A DNA stretch of 41,185 bases from a virus. The translations under genes and the position numbers were made by a program. The stretch is from the IMG/VR virus record IMGVR_UViG_3300027737_000005, positions 1 through 41,185 of that record; one strand, written 5' to 3'. Shown here piece after piece: positions 10,377 to 18,380 of this stretch; the first letter of the stretch is position 1, and every line of letters starts with the position of its first letter. The notes beneath the pieces are model-generated. The model searched no databases and was not told the origin of the DNA. It worked only from the letters and a program-made list of their open reading frames with translations.

Positions 10377-10438
10377 TGTACCTCAAAAATGGGTAGGAAC
10401 AAATTGTCCCTACCCCTCGCAAGAGACTCATGTCTCTA

Positions 10439-11614
10439 TTAATTCACAGGAAAATCGCTCAAAAACGCGTTCCAATAAAGAACGTTGCTTGTAACGCCGT
10501 TCATTGTTGCCGTAGTTAAAGCAGTACCTGCGCCGGACCCTAAAATGAATCCTGCCGATGTACAATTGATAAATGCACCTTGTATAGCAGGACCGTTAAC
10601 CGTTGCTGACTGGCTCAGGGTGTTTCCACCATAAATAGTCGGCGATGGATAAAGGTTTGGAGACGGAGAAACTCCCGTATAGGGATAACCACCGCTGTTT
10701 ATGTCTCCCACAGCTAATACCTGAGCAAACTTCAATCCTGGGAAAGAAGTAAACGCGGGATTAGCTACAGAAAATGCTGTATAAGAAGGGGCATTTAAGA
10801 ACGTAAACGAAGTAGCACCTGTCACCGTATTTACATAAAAGTAAATAGGCTGGCCTGGAATTGTCGTATCAGGAAGCGAATTCAGTTGAGTTGCCCCATA
10901 CACTGAAGGCATCCTAAACGTAATTTGCTGCCCTACTACAAAGTTGTGAGGAGCTGTAGTATTTACAGTCGTCACACCGTTTGTCGTAGATATGCTCCAA
11001 GGATATGCTACACCGGGCTCATACAAACTAGGATACAAGATTTGCTTAAATCCAGCAGCTCCTGTGGCTGCCGTTGTAATAGCCGTCAAATTAGCTGCAT
11101 TTCCTACCCAACCGACTGTAAATGTAGTCGTGCTACCGACAGTCAATACTTGGAACGGAATGCCAGCAATTTGCTGCATACCTGTTGTCGAGGTCTGATA
11201 CAGATTCTGAAAAATCACCCAGTTACCCGGCAATAGCCCATGCGCTGCTGCTGTAGTAACAGTAAGAACCGTCGAGCTAGTTTTCGCAATACCAGCACCT
11301 CCGGTCGTTCCCAGGAGCACCAAAGGCCCAAACTGCAACAGTTGCCCAGCTGCAAATGAACTGATACCATTTGTAGTCACCGTATCATATTGCAGATATG
11401 GTGTTGTGTTATAACCTTGGATTATCGCAGAGCCTTGTCCCATGGACACATCCCAATACCCACTAATGACGTTTTGCGACGTCGGTGTAGTACCTGCTAA
11501 TGTATAGTTCCAGAATTGGACAAAATCTGGCTGATAAGGAAGATTAATCACGATCGATGAGCCCGTAGCAGGATTTGTTACGTGCCCTTTTGCTATTCTC
11601 GAATACTCTGCCAT
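10439..11614 (-). CDS. head decoration or fibre-like protein (391 aa from ATG 11614)
   Basis: GGAGG RBS lies in the capsid gene's last codons, then ATG (MAEYSRIAKGH). Repeated AHGLLPGNWVIF and APHNFVVGQQITF modules. It directly follows the capsid gene. Confidence 0.6.
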   Translation of the reverse strand: MAEYSRIAKGHVTNPATGSSIVINLPYQPDFVQFWNYTLAGTTPTSQNVISGYWDVSMGQGSAIIQGYNTTPYLQYDTVTTNGISSFAAGQLLQFGPLVLLGTTGGAGIAKTSSTVLTVTTAAAHGLLPGNWVIFQNLYQTSTTGMQQIAGIPFQVLTVGSTTTFTVGWVGNAANLTAITTAATGAAGFKQILYPSLYEPGVAYPWSISTTNGVTTVNTTAPHNFVVGQQITFRMPSVYGATQLNSLPDTTIPGQPIYFYVNTVTGATSFTFLNAPSYTAFSVANPAFTSFPGLKFAQVLAVGDINSGGYPYTGVSPSPNLYPSPTIYGGNTLSQSATVNGPAIQGAFINCTSAGFILGSGAGTALTTATMNGVTSNVLYWNAFLSDFPVN

Positions 11615-11615
11615 A

Positions 11616-13133
11616 TTATGGACCTCCCAACGAGCTAAGTCTAGTTGAGACGATATTTCGGATAGCCGTATCTTGTGTGATTGCTTGCGCTTGCGCAAAC
11701 TTCACCGCAAGCGTCGCATTCTGAGCCATCATTCCTGAATAATACGGATCGCGATAAATCAAGTTCATGGAGTATCCATCCTGATTTATATGCGTGATGG
11801 CTTGCTTGCCTATTACTGTATTGTAATAGACATCACTGCCATTGGCAGATGCTCCACGTGCAACAGGCGCTTCTGAGCTAGTCAGAATACGGATGTTGAA
11901 CACAGAACCATACTCAGAAGGCAATGCCGAAGAATTATTTGGATAATTCCATTGGTTAATGAAACCAGAACCTGTCAGCGCGTCGAAATCGGTTTGTAGT
12001 TCCGTTGACGACAGCATGAAATATGCCGAACGCACAGGACCAGTACCGAATCTGTCCATGCCTTCGATACCCGACATGAACTTGTAAGCATTGTTCGTGT
12101 CAAGAGTCGTTGCTACCAAGCTAAAGTCAGACACTCCAAGATTAGTTGGATTGTCCCCGTTAGAGCCGCCACCAGCATTAATCTGAGAAGCTGCAGAAAC
12201 GACGTAGTCGCGCAAAATTAACAATCTGTTACCCCACTTTCGTGTGGATAGGTCATTTCTGCCTATCTCCAGACCTTTCGTCGTCTGGTTCGGACTGTCG
12301 CATCCCATTTCTGGGCCTCTTCACTCAGTCTCTCACGGTGGCCTAAAGCCTTCCGCCCTGTCGGCATGCCTTTCGGGTTAGCCTTCCAAGTCAATCAGAA
12401 GAGGTTTATCGAGGACTTAATCTTAATCCTCGGCTTGCCGCATTGCAACAGCCAGTCTTTCGCTGACCCATGCAAGTACCATTTATGCAGCAGCTAAGAG
12501 GGCGTACTCATTACCCTCCTGGTCCTGGAGAATACATTTTTGTTACTCCACATAGTGGGGACAAGTCATTTCTGCTTGTCTCTGCGACTTTCTTTATTCT
12601 CGCAGATCGGACTATCGCTTAACTTTTCAGTTCCTACCCGCTTTAGTCTCTCACGGCCTATAAACCAACAAAGCATTAAATAAGAATGATTATCAAATTC
12701 TTTCAATCTTTCTATATATTCTTTCGTAAGTTCCATAGTTCCGCCTTATCACCCTGTCGGGCTTCTAAGTCAATTAGGGCTGGTTTATAGCAGGCTAAAT
12801 TCTCATCCACCTGCTCATTGATTATGCAGCCAGTCTATCGCATAACCAATTGTTTCGGCACTGGCGACCACCGAAAAAAGCCATCTGGGCGTCTATGATA
12901 TCCCTTTGAGGGACCTGCGCGGGTGGATCTATCCCGCTGTTACCCAACTGAATGGTGGGTGGTGTTAGCGCCCTCGGGCGCATAAATCTAGCAGTCGTGC
13001 CGCCGTTTGCTGGCATACTGATCTTATCGCACACAGTGATGTAGTTCATCGTGGGCGTAGGAACATAGAGCATTGCGGGAGCTAACGATTGTAGAATGAG
13101 GGGACCTAGGTTCCCTGTAGTCGTAATCGACAT
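11616..13133 (-). CDS. major capsid protein (HK97-fold type), split by two group I introns: exon 1 is 13133..12870, a micro-exon ends at 12513 and starts between 12534 and 12550, exon 3 starts 12234-12225 and ends at 11616
   Basis: Exon 1 reads PANGGTTARFMRPRALTPPTIQLGNSGIDPPAQVPQRDIIDAQMAFFG. Exon 3 reads LLILRDYVVSAASQ...NLIYRDPYYSGMMAQNATLAVKF, which looks like a capsid C-terminus. The gap carries ribozyme cores and no ORF. Confidence 0.75.
12226..12512 (-). ncRNA. group I self-splicing intron, capsid intron 2, ORF-less (3' end at 12226, 12232, 12233 or 12235)
   Basis: In minus orientation: P1 AGGAGGGU/GCCCUCUU with a closing U-G pair, P3 CCUCUUC/GAAGAGG, R-like GUGAGAGACUG (12336..12326), P8 CCCA-GAAA-UGGG (12314..12303), J8/7-P7 GCGACAGUCCG (12301..12291), P9 CCAGAC/GUCUGG. 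Confidence 0.8.
12535..12869 (-). ncRNA. group I self-splicing intron, capsid intron 1, ORF-less, with an AT-rich ~85-nt insertion in the P6 region (3' end at 12535, 12548 or 12551)
   Basis: P1 UUUCGGU/GCCGAAA with a closing U-G pair, R-like GUGAGAGACUAA (12654..12643), P8 AACU-GAAA-AGUU (12632..12621), GCGAUAGUCCG (12618..12608), P9 UCUGCGA/UCGCAGA. Homologous to the other two introns. Confidence 0.8.
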
Positions 13134-13290
13134 GCTAACCTCATAGGTTGCATGTTATCGGGATATGGGGATCGGTGGACGACAAGCCTCCTACGTCCGT
13201 TCTCGGCCATATCTATGCAGTAACGCTACTTCTGCGAAGCGGTGCACATAACGCTTGTGCTTACGTGGAATCCATTATGCAAAAAACTAT

Positions 13291-13446
13291 TTAATTGTCA
13301 ATCTGTTCTATACTGAGTAGAGCAGATTGAAGGCGTTCGCTTGAGCAGTCCGGGTCAAATTCGTCGCCTTGATGGCATTGATATCCCAAAGAGGAGAGAA
13401 GTGTTAAGAGATGATGTTCGAGATCCGATTCGTAGATTTTAGCCAT
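13291..13446 (-). pseudogene. hsdR: 5' stub of a type I restriction R subunit gene (51 codons then stop)
   Basis: AGAGGAAAAA RBS and ATG lie 8 nt after the hsdS stop. MAKIYESDLEHHLLTLLSSLGYQCHQGDEF... matches the SE.DLE...I..L...GY pattern of HsdR N-termini. No helicase or nuclease domains follow. Confidence 0.5.
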
Positions 13447-13454
13447 TTTTTCCT

Positions 13455-14759
13455 CTATAAAACCTGAGATGCTTGCTTCTCAGCATCATTAATGGAGATC
13501 TCACCTGATAAAAGCTTGGAAAGAAGGCTATCGCGTATAGTTGCAAGGGTATGTGATTCGCGCACATTTGCTACTAGCCTTTTTCGGAATGGAAGTATTA
13601 ATTGATAGTAATGTTCTATAAGGGCACTTGGTGGGATAACAAGGTTCGTTCCCACAATAACCCTTGCGTTCATGTTGGCTTGAACTGAGCCTCCCTTTGC
13701 TCCTTCGGCATAATTCTTATAGAGGTCTGATTTCAGGAAACCATAAATAAAGTAGCCCCAAGCTTTCGATTCTGGCTTAAGACGAACAAGATATGAAGCA
13801 AAAATCGCATCCATATCCTCCTCGATAATGGCTGATTTTCCAGGGTCTGCCATTCTAGCAACGACCAAATCACCAACAGTGAGCGTGTACCTACTCTTTA
13901 AATCTCTATCAATATCGCAATGGGGTACGGTACTCCAATCAATCCAGTTCTTCTTATTGATATCCATGACTCTCAGAAACTTTGGGCCAGCATTCTCTGC
14001 ATGCGCACTCGTTGTGTAACCGTACTGAGTAGAGCAGATTTCGGATAATTTTTTTATCTTCCATCCTTTGGGGATTAAATTCAGTTTGCAATCTTCGAAA
14101 CCATCAGGGAAAAGAGCAGCTATCTCATCGCTCATGTTTAAGGGTTTGCAACTTTTAGCTTTAGCATAAACAGGATCGAAGTCGAGAAACCAGCTTTTGA
14201 AGATCACTTGGGCCATTGTATCCAGAGTTTCATTCACCTGTCTGTTGAGTTCGATCATTTCGTCCAACCTTCCCAATATTGCTGCAATGGCTTTTTGCTC
14301 TTCAATACTCTCAGGTAGACTTACTTTGAAATTTTTAAGAGCTGTTCCCGAAATTTCTTTAAAAGTAGTTCCGCCAGCAACATTTTCAATAAATTTTGTG
14401 TAAAATTTGAGAAGATAAAATAAAAATTCTGAGTTTGCATTTTTTTTGGGAATTAGGCTTTTGAAGCCTTGATTTGTTGCAAGATCCTGTCCAGCAATTG
14501 CCACATAACCTATTGGTGCGCGAGAACTAAAAAGAACAGATCCCTTCGGAAGTAAACGAGCACCGGAACTGTTCAAACCTGAAGTAGAAATGTTTCTCTC
14601 ACCAAAATAAATATATCTATTTTGATAATTTGAGAGATCTTTAGGGGTAATCCACGGTATGTTTCCTGAGAAAAAGTTGGGGTTTTTTGTACTGGGAGTA
14701 CTGCCTCCAACAATATCAGCAATATCATTTATACAAACATTTTTCCAGCCTTTACGCAT
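13455..14759 (-). CDS. hsdS: type I restriction-modification specificity subunit HsdS (434 aa, two TRDs)
   Basis: Two TRD starts (NDIADIVGGSTPST and LSEICSTQYGYTTS) and conserved coiled-coil spacers (EEQKAIAAILGRLDEMIELN and LATIRDSLLSKLLSGEI). Confidence 0.9.
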   Translation of the reverse strand: MRKGWKNVCINDIADIVGGSTPSTKNPNFFSGNIPWITPKDLSNYQNRYIYFGERNISTSGLNSSGARLLPKGSVLFSSRAPIGYVAIAGQDLATNQGFKSLIPKKNANSEFLFYLLKFYTKFIENVAGGTTFKEISGTALKNFKVSLPESIEEQKAIAAILGRLDEMIELNRQVNETLDTMAQVIFKSWFLDFDPVYAKAKSCKPLNMSDEIAALFPDGFEDCKLNLIPKGWKIKKLSEICSTQYGYTTSAHAENAGPKFLRVMDINKKNWIDWSTVPHCDIDRDLKSRYTLTVGDLVVARMADPGKSAIIEEDMDAIFASYLVRLKPESKAWGYFIYGFLKSDLYKNYAEGAKGGSVQANMNARVIVGTNLVIPPSALIEHYYQLILPFRKRLVANVRESHTLATIRDSLLSKLLSGEISINDAEKQASQVL

Positions 14760-16302
14760 ACCCGAGTCCCTCCAAGTTGCGCTGAATTTGCTTTGTTAGC
14801 TGCTGTGCTTTATCCATCTGGGCATAGAGTTTTCCTACCAGCGCCTGCATTTGGCTTTCAAATGGTATGGTATCTTCATCGCTGATCTCTGTGCCCACGT
14901 ATCGACCAGGTGTTAAGATGTGCCCATTCTGTCGCACCTCGTCAATTGTAGCTGCCTTGCAGAAGCCTGGGATATTATCGTATGTTCCAATTCCGTTTTG
15001 ACCCCGCCAGGAATGATAGGTCATCGCAATACGATTTATTTCTTCATCGGAAAAAACCTTCTGAGTTCTTGTGGCAAGTTGGCCTAGTTGACGAGCATCA
15101 ATGAAGAGGATCTCATCGCGACGGTCCTTAAGTTTGGTTTTCCCCGACTTGCCGTTAGAGCGATTCTTTGCTAGGATCCAGAGACACGCGGGAATCTGGA
15201 CTCCAAAAAACAACTGACTTGGAAGAGCCACCATACAATCGACCAGATTATTCTCTACGAGAGCTTTGCGGATCTCGCCCTCCCCGGCGGTATTTGAGGC
15301 CATTGATCCGTTGGCAAGGACAATGCCAGCTACACCATTAGGTGTAAGATGATGAATGATGTGCTGTATCCAGGCGAAGTTTGCATTGCCTTCGGGTGGG
15401 ATTCCATACTTCCAGCGAGGGTCTTCTCTTAGTAGCTCGCCCGACCATTCTTTGATATTGAAAGGAGGATTCGCTAGGACATAGTCGAAGCGAAGATCTG
15501 GTAGGGCATCTTTTAGAAGAGTCCCTTCACTATTCCAGTGAATTTCGGCTTCTACACCTCTGATAGCGAGATTCATTTTAGCAAGTTTCCAAGTGGTGTT
15601 ATTGCGCTCTTGCCCATAGATAGCAATATCGCCAAGTTTTCCCTGGTATGCCGAGATCAGTTTCTCCGATTGGACGAAGAATCCACCTGTTCCGCAGCAA
15701 GGATCATAGACACGCCCATGTAAGGGCTCTATCATTTCGACGAGGGTGCGGACAATAGAAGCAGGTGTGTAGAAATCGCCGCCGCGCTTTCCCTCTTTAC
15801 CTGCAAATTCAGCGAGAAAGTACTCGTAAATTCTACCTAAAAAGTCGAAATCTGCCTCGCTATGTGAAAGCTTGATATTAGTGAAGAGGTCAACTAGTCG
15901 CCCTAACATAGTTGGATTCAAACTTGCTTTGCCATATTCCTTGTGAAGAACACCCTTTAACGCAACGTTCTCGCTTTCTAAGGCGCGCATCGCCTCGTCA
16001 ATCTTTTTGCCAATGTCGGGCAAACGAGCTTGTGATGCTAAGGTGGACCATCGAGCAGCTTCTGGCACCCAAAAAACATTTTCAGCTTGATACTCCTCGG
16101 GATCCTCTGCGTTGGCTAAGTCGTTTTTCAAAAGTTCGGCTTGCTTCTTTTCAAAAGCTTCTGAAAGATAACGTAGAAAAACCAGTCCAAGAACAATGTG
16201 TTTATATTCTGCAGGATCCATAGCTCCTCGGAGCTTTTCTGCGGAATCAATCAAGGAAGCTTCAAGCGATATGTCCTCTTTTTGGTTCTTTCTGGTTTTC
16301 AT
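14752..16302 (-). CDS. hsdM: type I restriction-modification N6-adenine DNA methyltransferase HsdM (516 aa)
   Basis: HsdM N-terminal domain (AEYKHIVLGLVFLRYLSEAF), motif I DPCCGTGGFF, motif IV LANPPFN. The 3' end overlaps hsdS by 8 nt. Confidence 0.9.
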   Translation of the reverse strand: MKTRKNQKEDISLEASLIDSAEKLRGAMDPAEYKHIVLGLVFLRYLSEAFEKKQAELLKNDLANAEDPEEYQAENVFWVPEAARWSTLASQARLPDIGKKIDEAMRALESENVALKGVLHKEYGKASLNPTMLGRLVDLFTNIKLSHSEADFDFLGRIYEYFLAEFAGKEGKRGGDFYTPASIVRTLVEMIEPLHGRVYDPCCGTGGFFVQSEKLISAYQGKLGDIAIYGQERNNTTWKLAKMNLAIRGVEAEIHWNSEGTLLKDALPDLRFDYVLANPPFNIKEWSGELLREDPRWKYGIPPEGNANFAWIQHIIHHLTPNGVAGIVLANGSMASNTAGEGEIRKALVENNLVDCMVALPSQLFFGVQIPACLWILAKNRSNGKSGKTKLKDRRDEILFIDARQLGQLATRTQKVFSDEEINRIAMTYHSWRGQNGIGTYDNIPGFCKAATIDEVRQNGHILTPGRYVGTEISDEDTIPFESQMQALVGKLYAQMDKAQQLTKQIQRNLEGLGYA

Positions 16303-16383
16303 ATTACCTCCTTGTATTTCAACAAATTAATGAAATAGCACAACCTATTTAAATCTGATTGGCAACATGAACGAATTTCTTAT

Positions 16384-17052
16384 TCATATCCTCAGCCGAT
16401 TCTTGAGTTCTTGCATCTTCGCAAATGCATTCTTTTGCCCTGCAGGACTGAAATCTCCAGTCGCTGCATAAGGAGCAGATCCTACGCCACCAGGCTGATA
16501 ATAAGAACTTTTTTTGTTAGCATCCACTTTTTCTTGGATGGTGGATTGCTTGGTTTCAGGCTTGTGCAGACCGAGTGCCTTTATGTTCTTGTATACGAGT
16601 TTTTGCCTTTCGAAACCTTCCGGCATCTCCAAGATACTTTCAGCTAGATCGGGGTCTTTCTGCGCGAACTTTTCCGCGTGCTGCATTACTTCGTAAAAAT
16701 CAGGGTTATTCTTAATCCAGTTTTGCCGTCTTTCATCTTGTAGAGCGGCTCTAACAGCTTGCTGTATTTCCGTTTGCGTCTGTTGCCTAGTCTGCTCACT
16801 GAATTTTTTCAGAGTATTATTTAACTTTTTGTGGTCTACAAATGGTTCTGAATCATTTTCATCAGCTTCTTGAGGTTGTTGCATTCTGATAATAAGTTCC
16901 TGTGCTTTCTTTTCAGCTTCTATCCGAGCAGATCTTTCTTGCTCTAGCTGCCTTTGAAACATTTGTTCTTGTTTTCTAAAATTCAGTTCTTTATCACTTG
17001 GTTTATTTTCCTCAGGTTGTTGGAGAGGTGTTTCTTGATTCGGTACTGTCAT
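16384..17052 (-). CDS. scaffolding-like protein (222 aa, Q/E/K-rich coiled coil)
   Basis: Composition, and position between the portal and capsid genes. Confidence 0.45.
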   Translation of the reverse strand: MTVPNQETPLQQPEENKPSDKELNFRKQEQMFQRQLEQERSARIEAEKKAQELIIRMQQPQEADENDSEPFVDHKKLNNTLKKFSEQTRQQTQTEIQQAVRAALQDERRQNWIKNNPDFYEVMQHAEKFAQKDPDLAESILEMPEGFERQKLVYKNIKALGLHKPETKQSTIQEKVDANKKSSYYQPGGVGSAPYAATGDFSPAGQKNAFAKMQELKNRLRI

Positions 17053-17135
17053 GTTATCCTTTGTCCTTGACGCTGGACCGCGTTTAGATGTAATCTCATT
17101 AAAGAATAAAATAGAATTTATGGCAAGATGATGAT

Positions 17136-17615
17136 TTGGATATTCAAGTGAAACTTAATCGTCTTGAAACGCATGATCGTTACCAGCACTTCACCAAACA
17201 AACATTTGACATCGCCGAATGCTGTCAGAATATCATAGAGCGGCGCCCTTTCGGAGATCATCCATTTTATATCTTTGCCCATCCTAGAACAGATGACGAG
17301 GGTGTTCGTAAACGCCTGATATGGCAACCAAGGCTCACGAAACCACAGGCACAGGAAAACTCGATGCTTTTTAAGGCCTATCCTGGAAAGGATATTATCA
17401 AGGTTATCTGGATGATTCCCGCTAGAGAACTATGGAAACAGTACAAGAGCGGAAATGTTACCGAAAACAAGACTGTTCGTGAAAGCATTATCGCCTTTAC
17501 TACGAATCGTGAGGTCTTGGAAGCTAAAGAGGATGATGATTTAGACGATGCAACAATCGATGCAATCTATAGACAAATTAGCAGAAATGCAAAACCTTTT
17601 AAGCCACTGATTTAG
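17136..17615 (+). CDS. conserved hypothetical protein on the opposite strand inside the late operon (159 aa; TTG or GTG start uncertain)
   Basis: Protein-like ORF (LETHDRYQHFTKQTFDIAECCQNIIERRPFGDHPFYIFAHPRTDDEG) with no in-frame ATG near the 5' end. Confidence 0.5.
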   Translation: MDIQVKLNRLETHDRYQHFTKQTFDIAECCQNIIERRPFGDHPFYIFAHPRTDDEGVRKRLIWQPRLTKPQAQENSMLFKAYPGKDIIKVIWMIPARELWKQYKSGNVTENKTVRESIIAFTTNREVLEAKEDDDLDDATIDAIYRQISRNAKPFKPLI

Positions 17616-17814
17616 GAGGTGTTTTCAGTTTCTTAGGAGTTATAGCTATCATACCCATGCTATCTTCGCGCATCTTTCCTAGTTTCGCCTTTATGCCGGT
17701 TCCATAGTTATCTCCCATGCCATAGGGAGTATTTGCGGTATGGGCAAAGCGATTCTTTCCTGGCTTCTTTGGCTGTTGTCTGTTGAATGGTTGTGCATTT
17801 CCGGAAATGGGCAT
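17599..17814 (-). CDS. small basic Gly-rich protein (71 aa)
   Basis: ORF sharing nt 17814 with the upstream gene. The DNYGTGIK motif is echoed by THYGVGHR in its neighbour. Confidence 0.45.
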   Translation of the reverse strand: MPISGNAQPFNRQQPKKPGKNRFAHTANTPYGMGDNYGTGIKAKLGKMREDSMGMIAITPKKLKTPPKSVA

Positions 17815-18068
17815 TAGCCCGCCTCGCTCACTTTCATGCCCATCTTCTTTCCAAAAGGCATCGTCGACACCCTTTGCTTAGGACCACTCTCACTACCCAC
17901 TGGCGTTCTGTGCCCTACGCCATAATGCGTACCGGCATTCACAAAACAACTCGTCCTTTCATCGTACTGCGGACAAGTAAAATCCCACGGCGTATTCTTG
18001 CCGTCAATAGGATGATCTTTGGGATCTTGTTTTTTGACTGCCGTTGGATCTTTAAAACCTGACTTCAT
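17814..18068 (-). CDS. small basic protein (84 aa), distant paralogue of 17599..17814
   Basis: ORF in operon; shared xxYG(T/V)G motif. Confidence 0.45.
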   Translation of the reverse strand: MKSGFKDPTAVKKQDPKDHPIDGKNTPWDFTCPQYDERTSCFVNAGTHYGVGHRTPVGSESGPKQRVSTMPFGKKMGMKVSEAG

Positions 18069-18156
18069 TTTTTCCTACTTTCTGGTTTGTAAAAAAAGAG
18101 AAGAGAACGCCGGCCAGGCCCTTATACAGCAAATGAAGCGTCATCTCTTCCCCAAT

Positions 18157-18378
18157 TTAATTTCTCGTCCCAGGCTTATGAGGATTCCCATGAACTTTTT
18201 TCTTATTCATCTCCTGCTGGGATTTAATAGCCTCAGTAGTGTCCTCATAATGACTGAGCGCTCCAAAACCTTCTGCCGAGCTCTCCTGCTTCATTTTACC
18301 GCCAACCTCGGGCAATGGAGCATGCTTTGGACTTGCACCAACCCAATTGCTGTGGTCATCTATTCTACGTCCGCTCAT
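18157..18378 (-). CDS. small hypothetical protein (73 aa)
   Basis: ORF immediately downstream of the portal stop. Confidence 0.4.
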   Translation of the reverse strand: MSGRRIDDHSNWVGASPKHAPLPEVGGKMKQESSAEGFGALSHYEDTTEAIKSQQEMNKKKVHGNPHKPGTRN

Positions 18379-18380
18379 CT

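Noticed and set aside
12236-12308. N-terminal part of ORF 11616-12308 (MGCDSPNQTTKGLEIGRNDLSTRKWG...) and C-terminal part of ORF 12822-13133 (...GRQCRNNWLCDRLAA)
   Set aside because: These segments are read-through of intron RNA (P9 and P1-P2 regions of the two group I introns), not capsid sequence.
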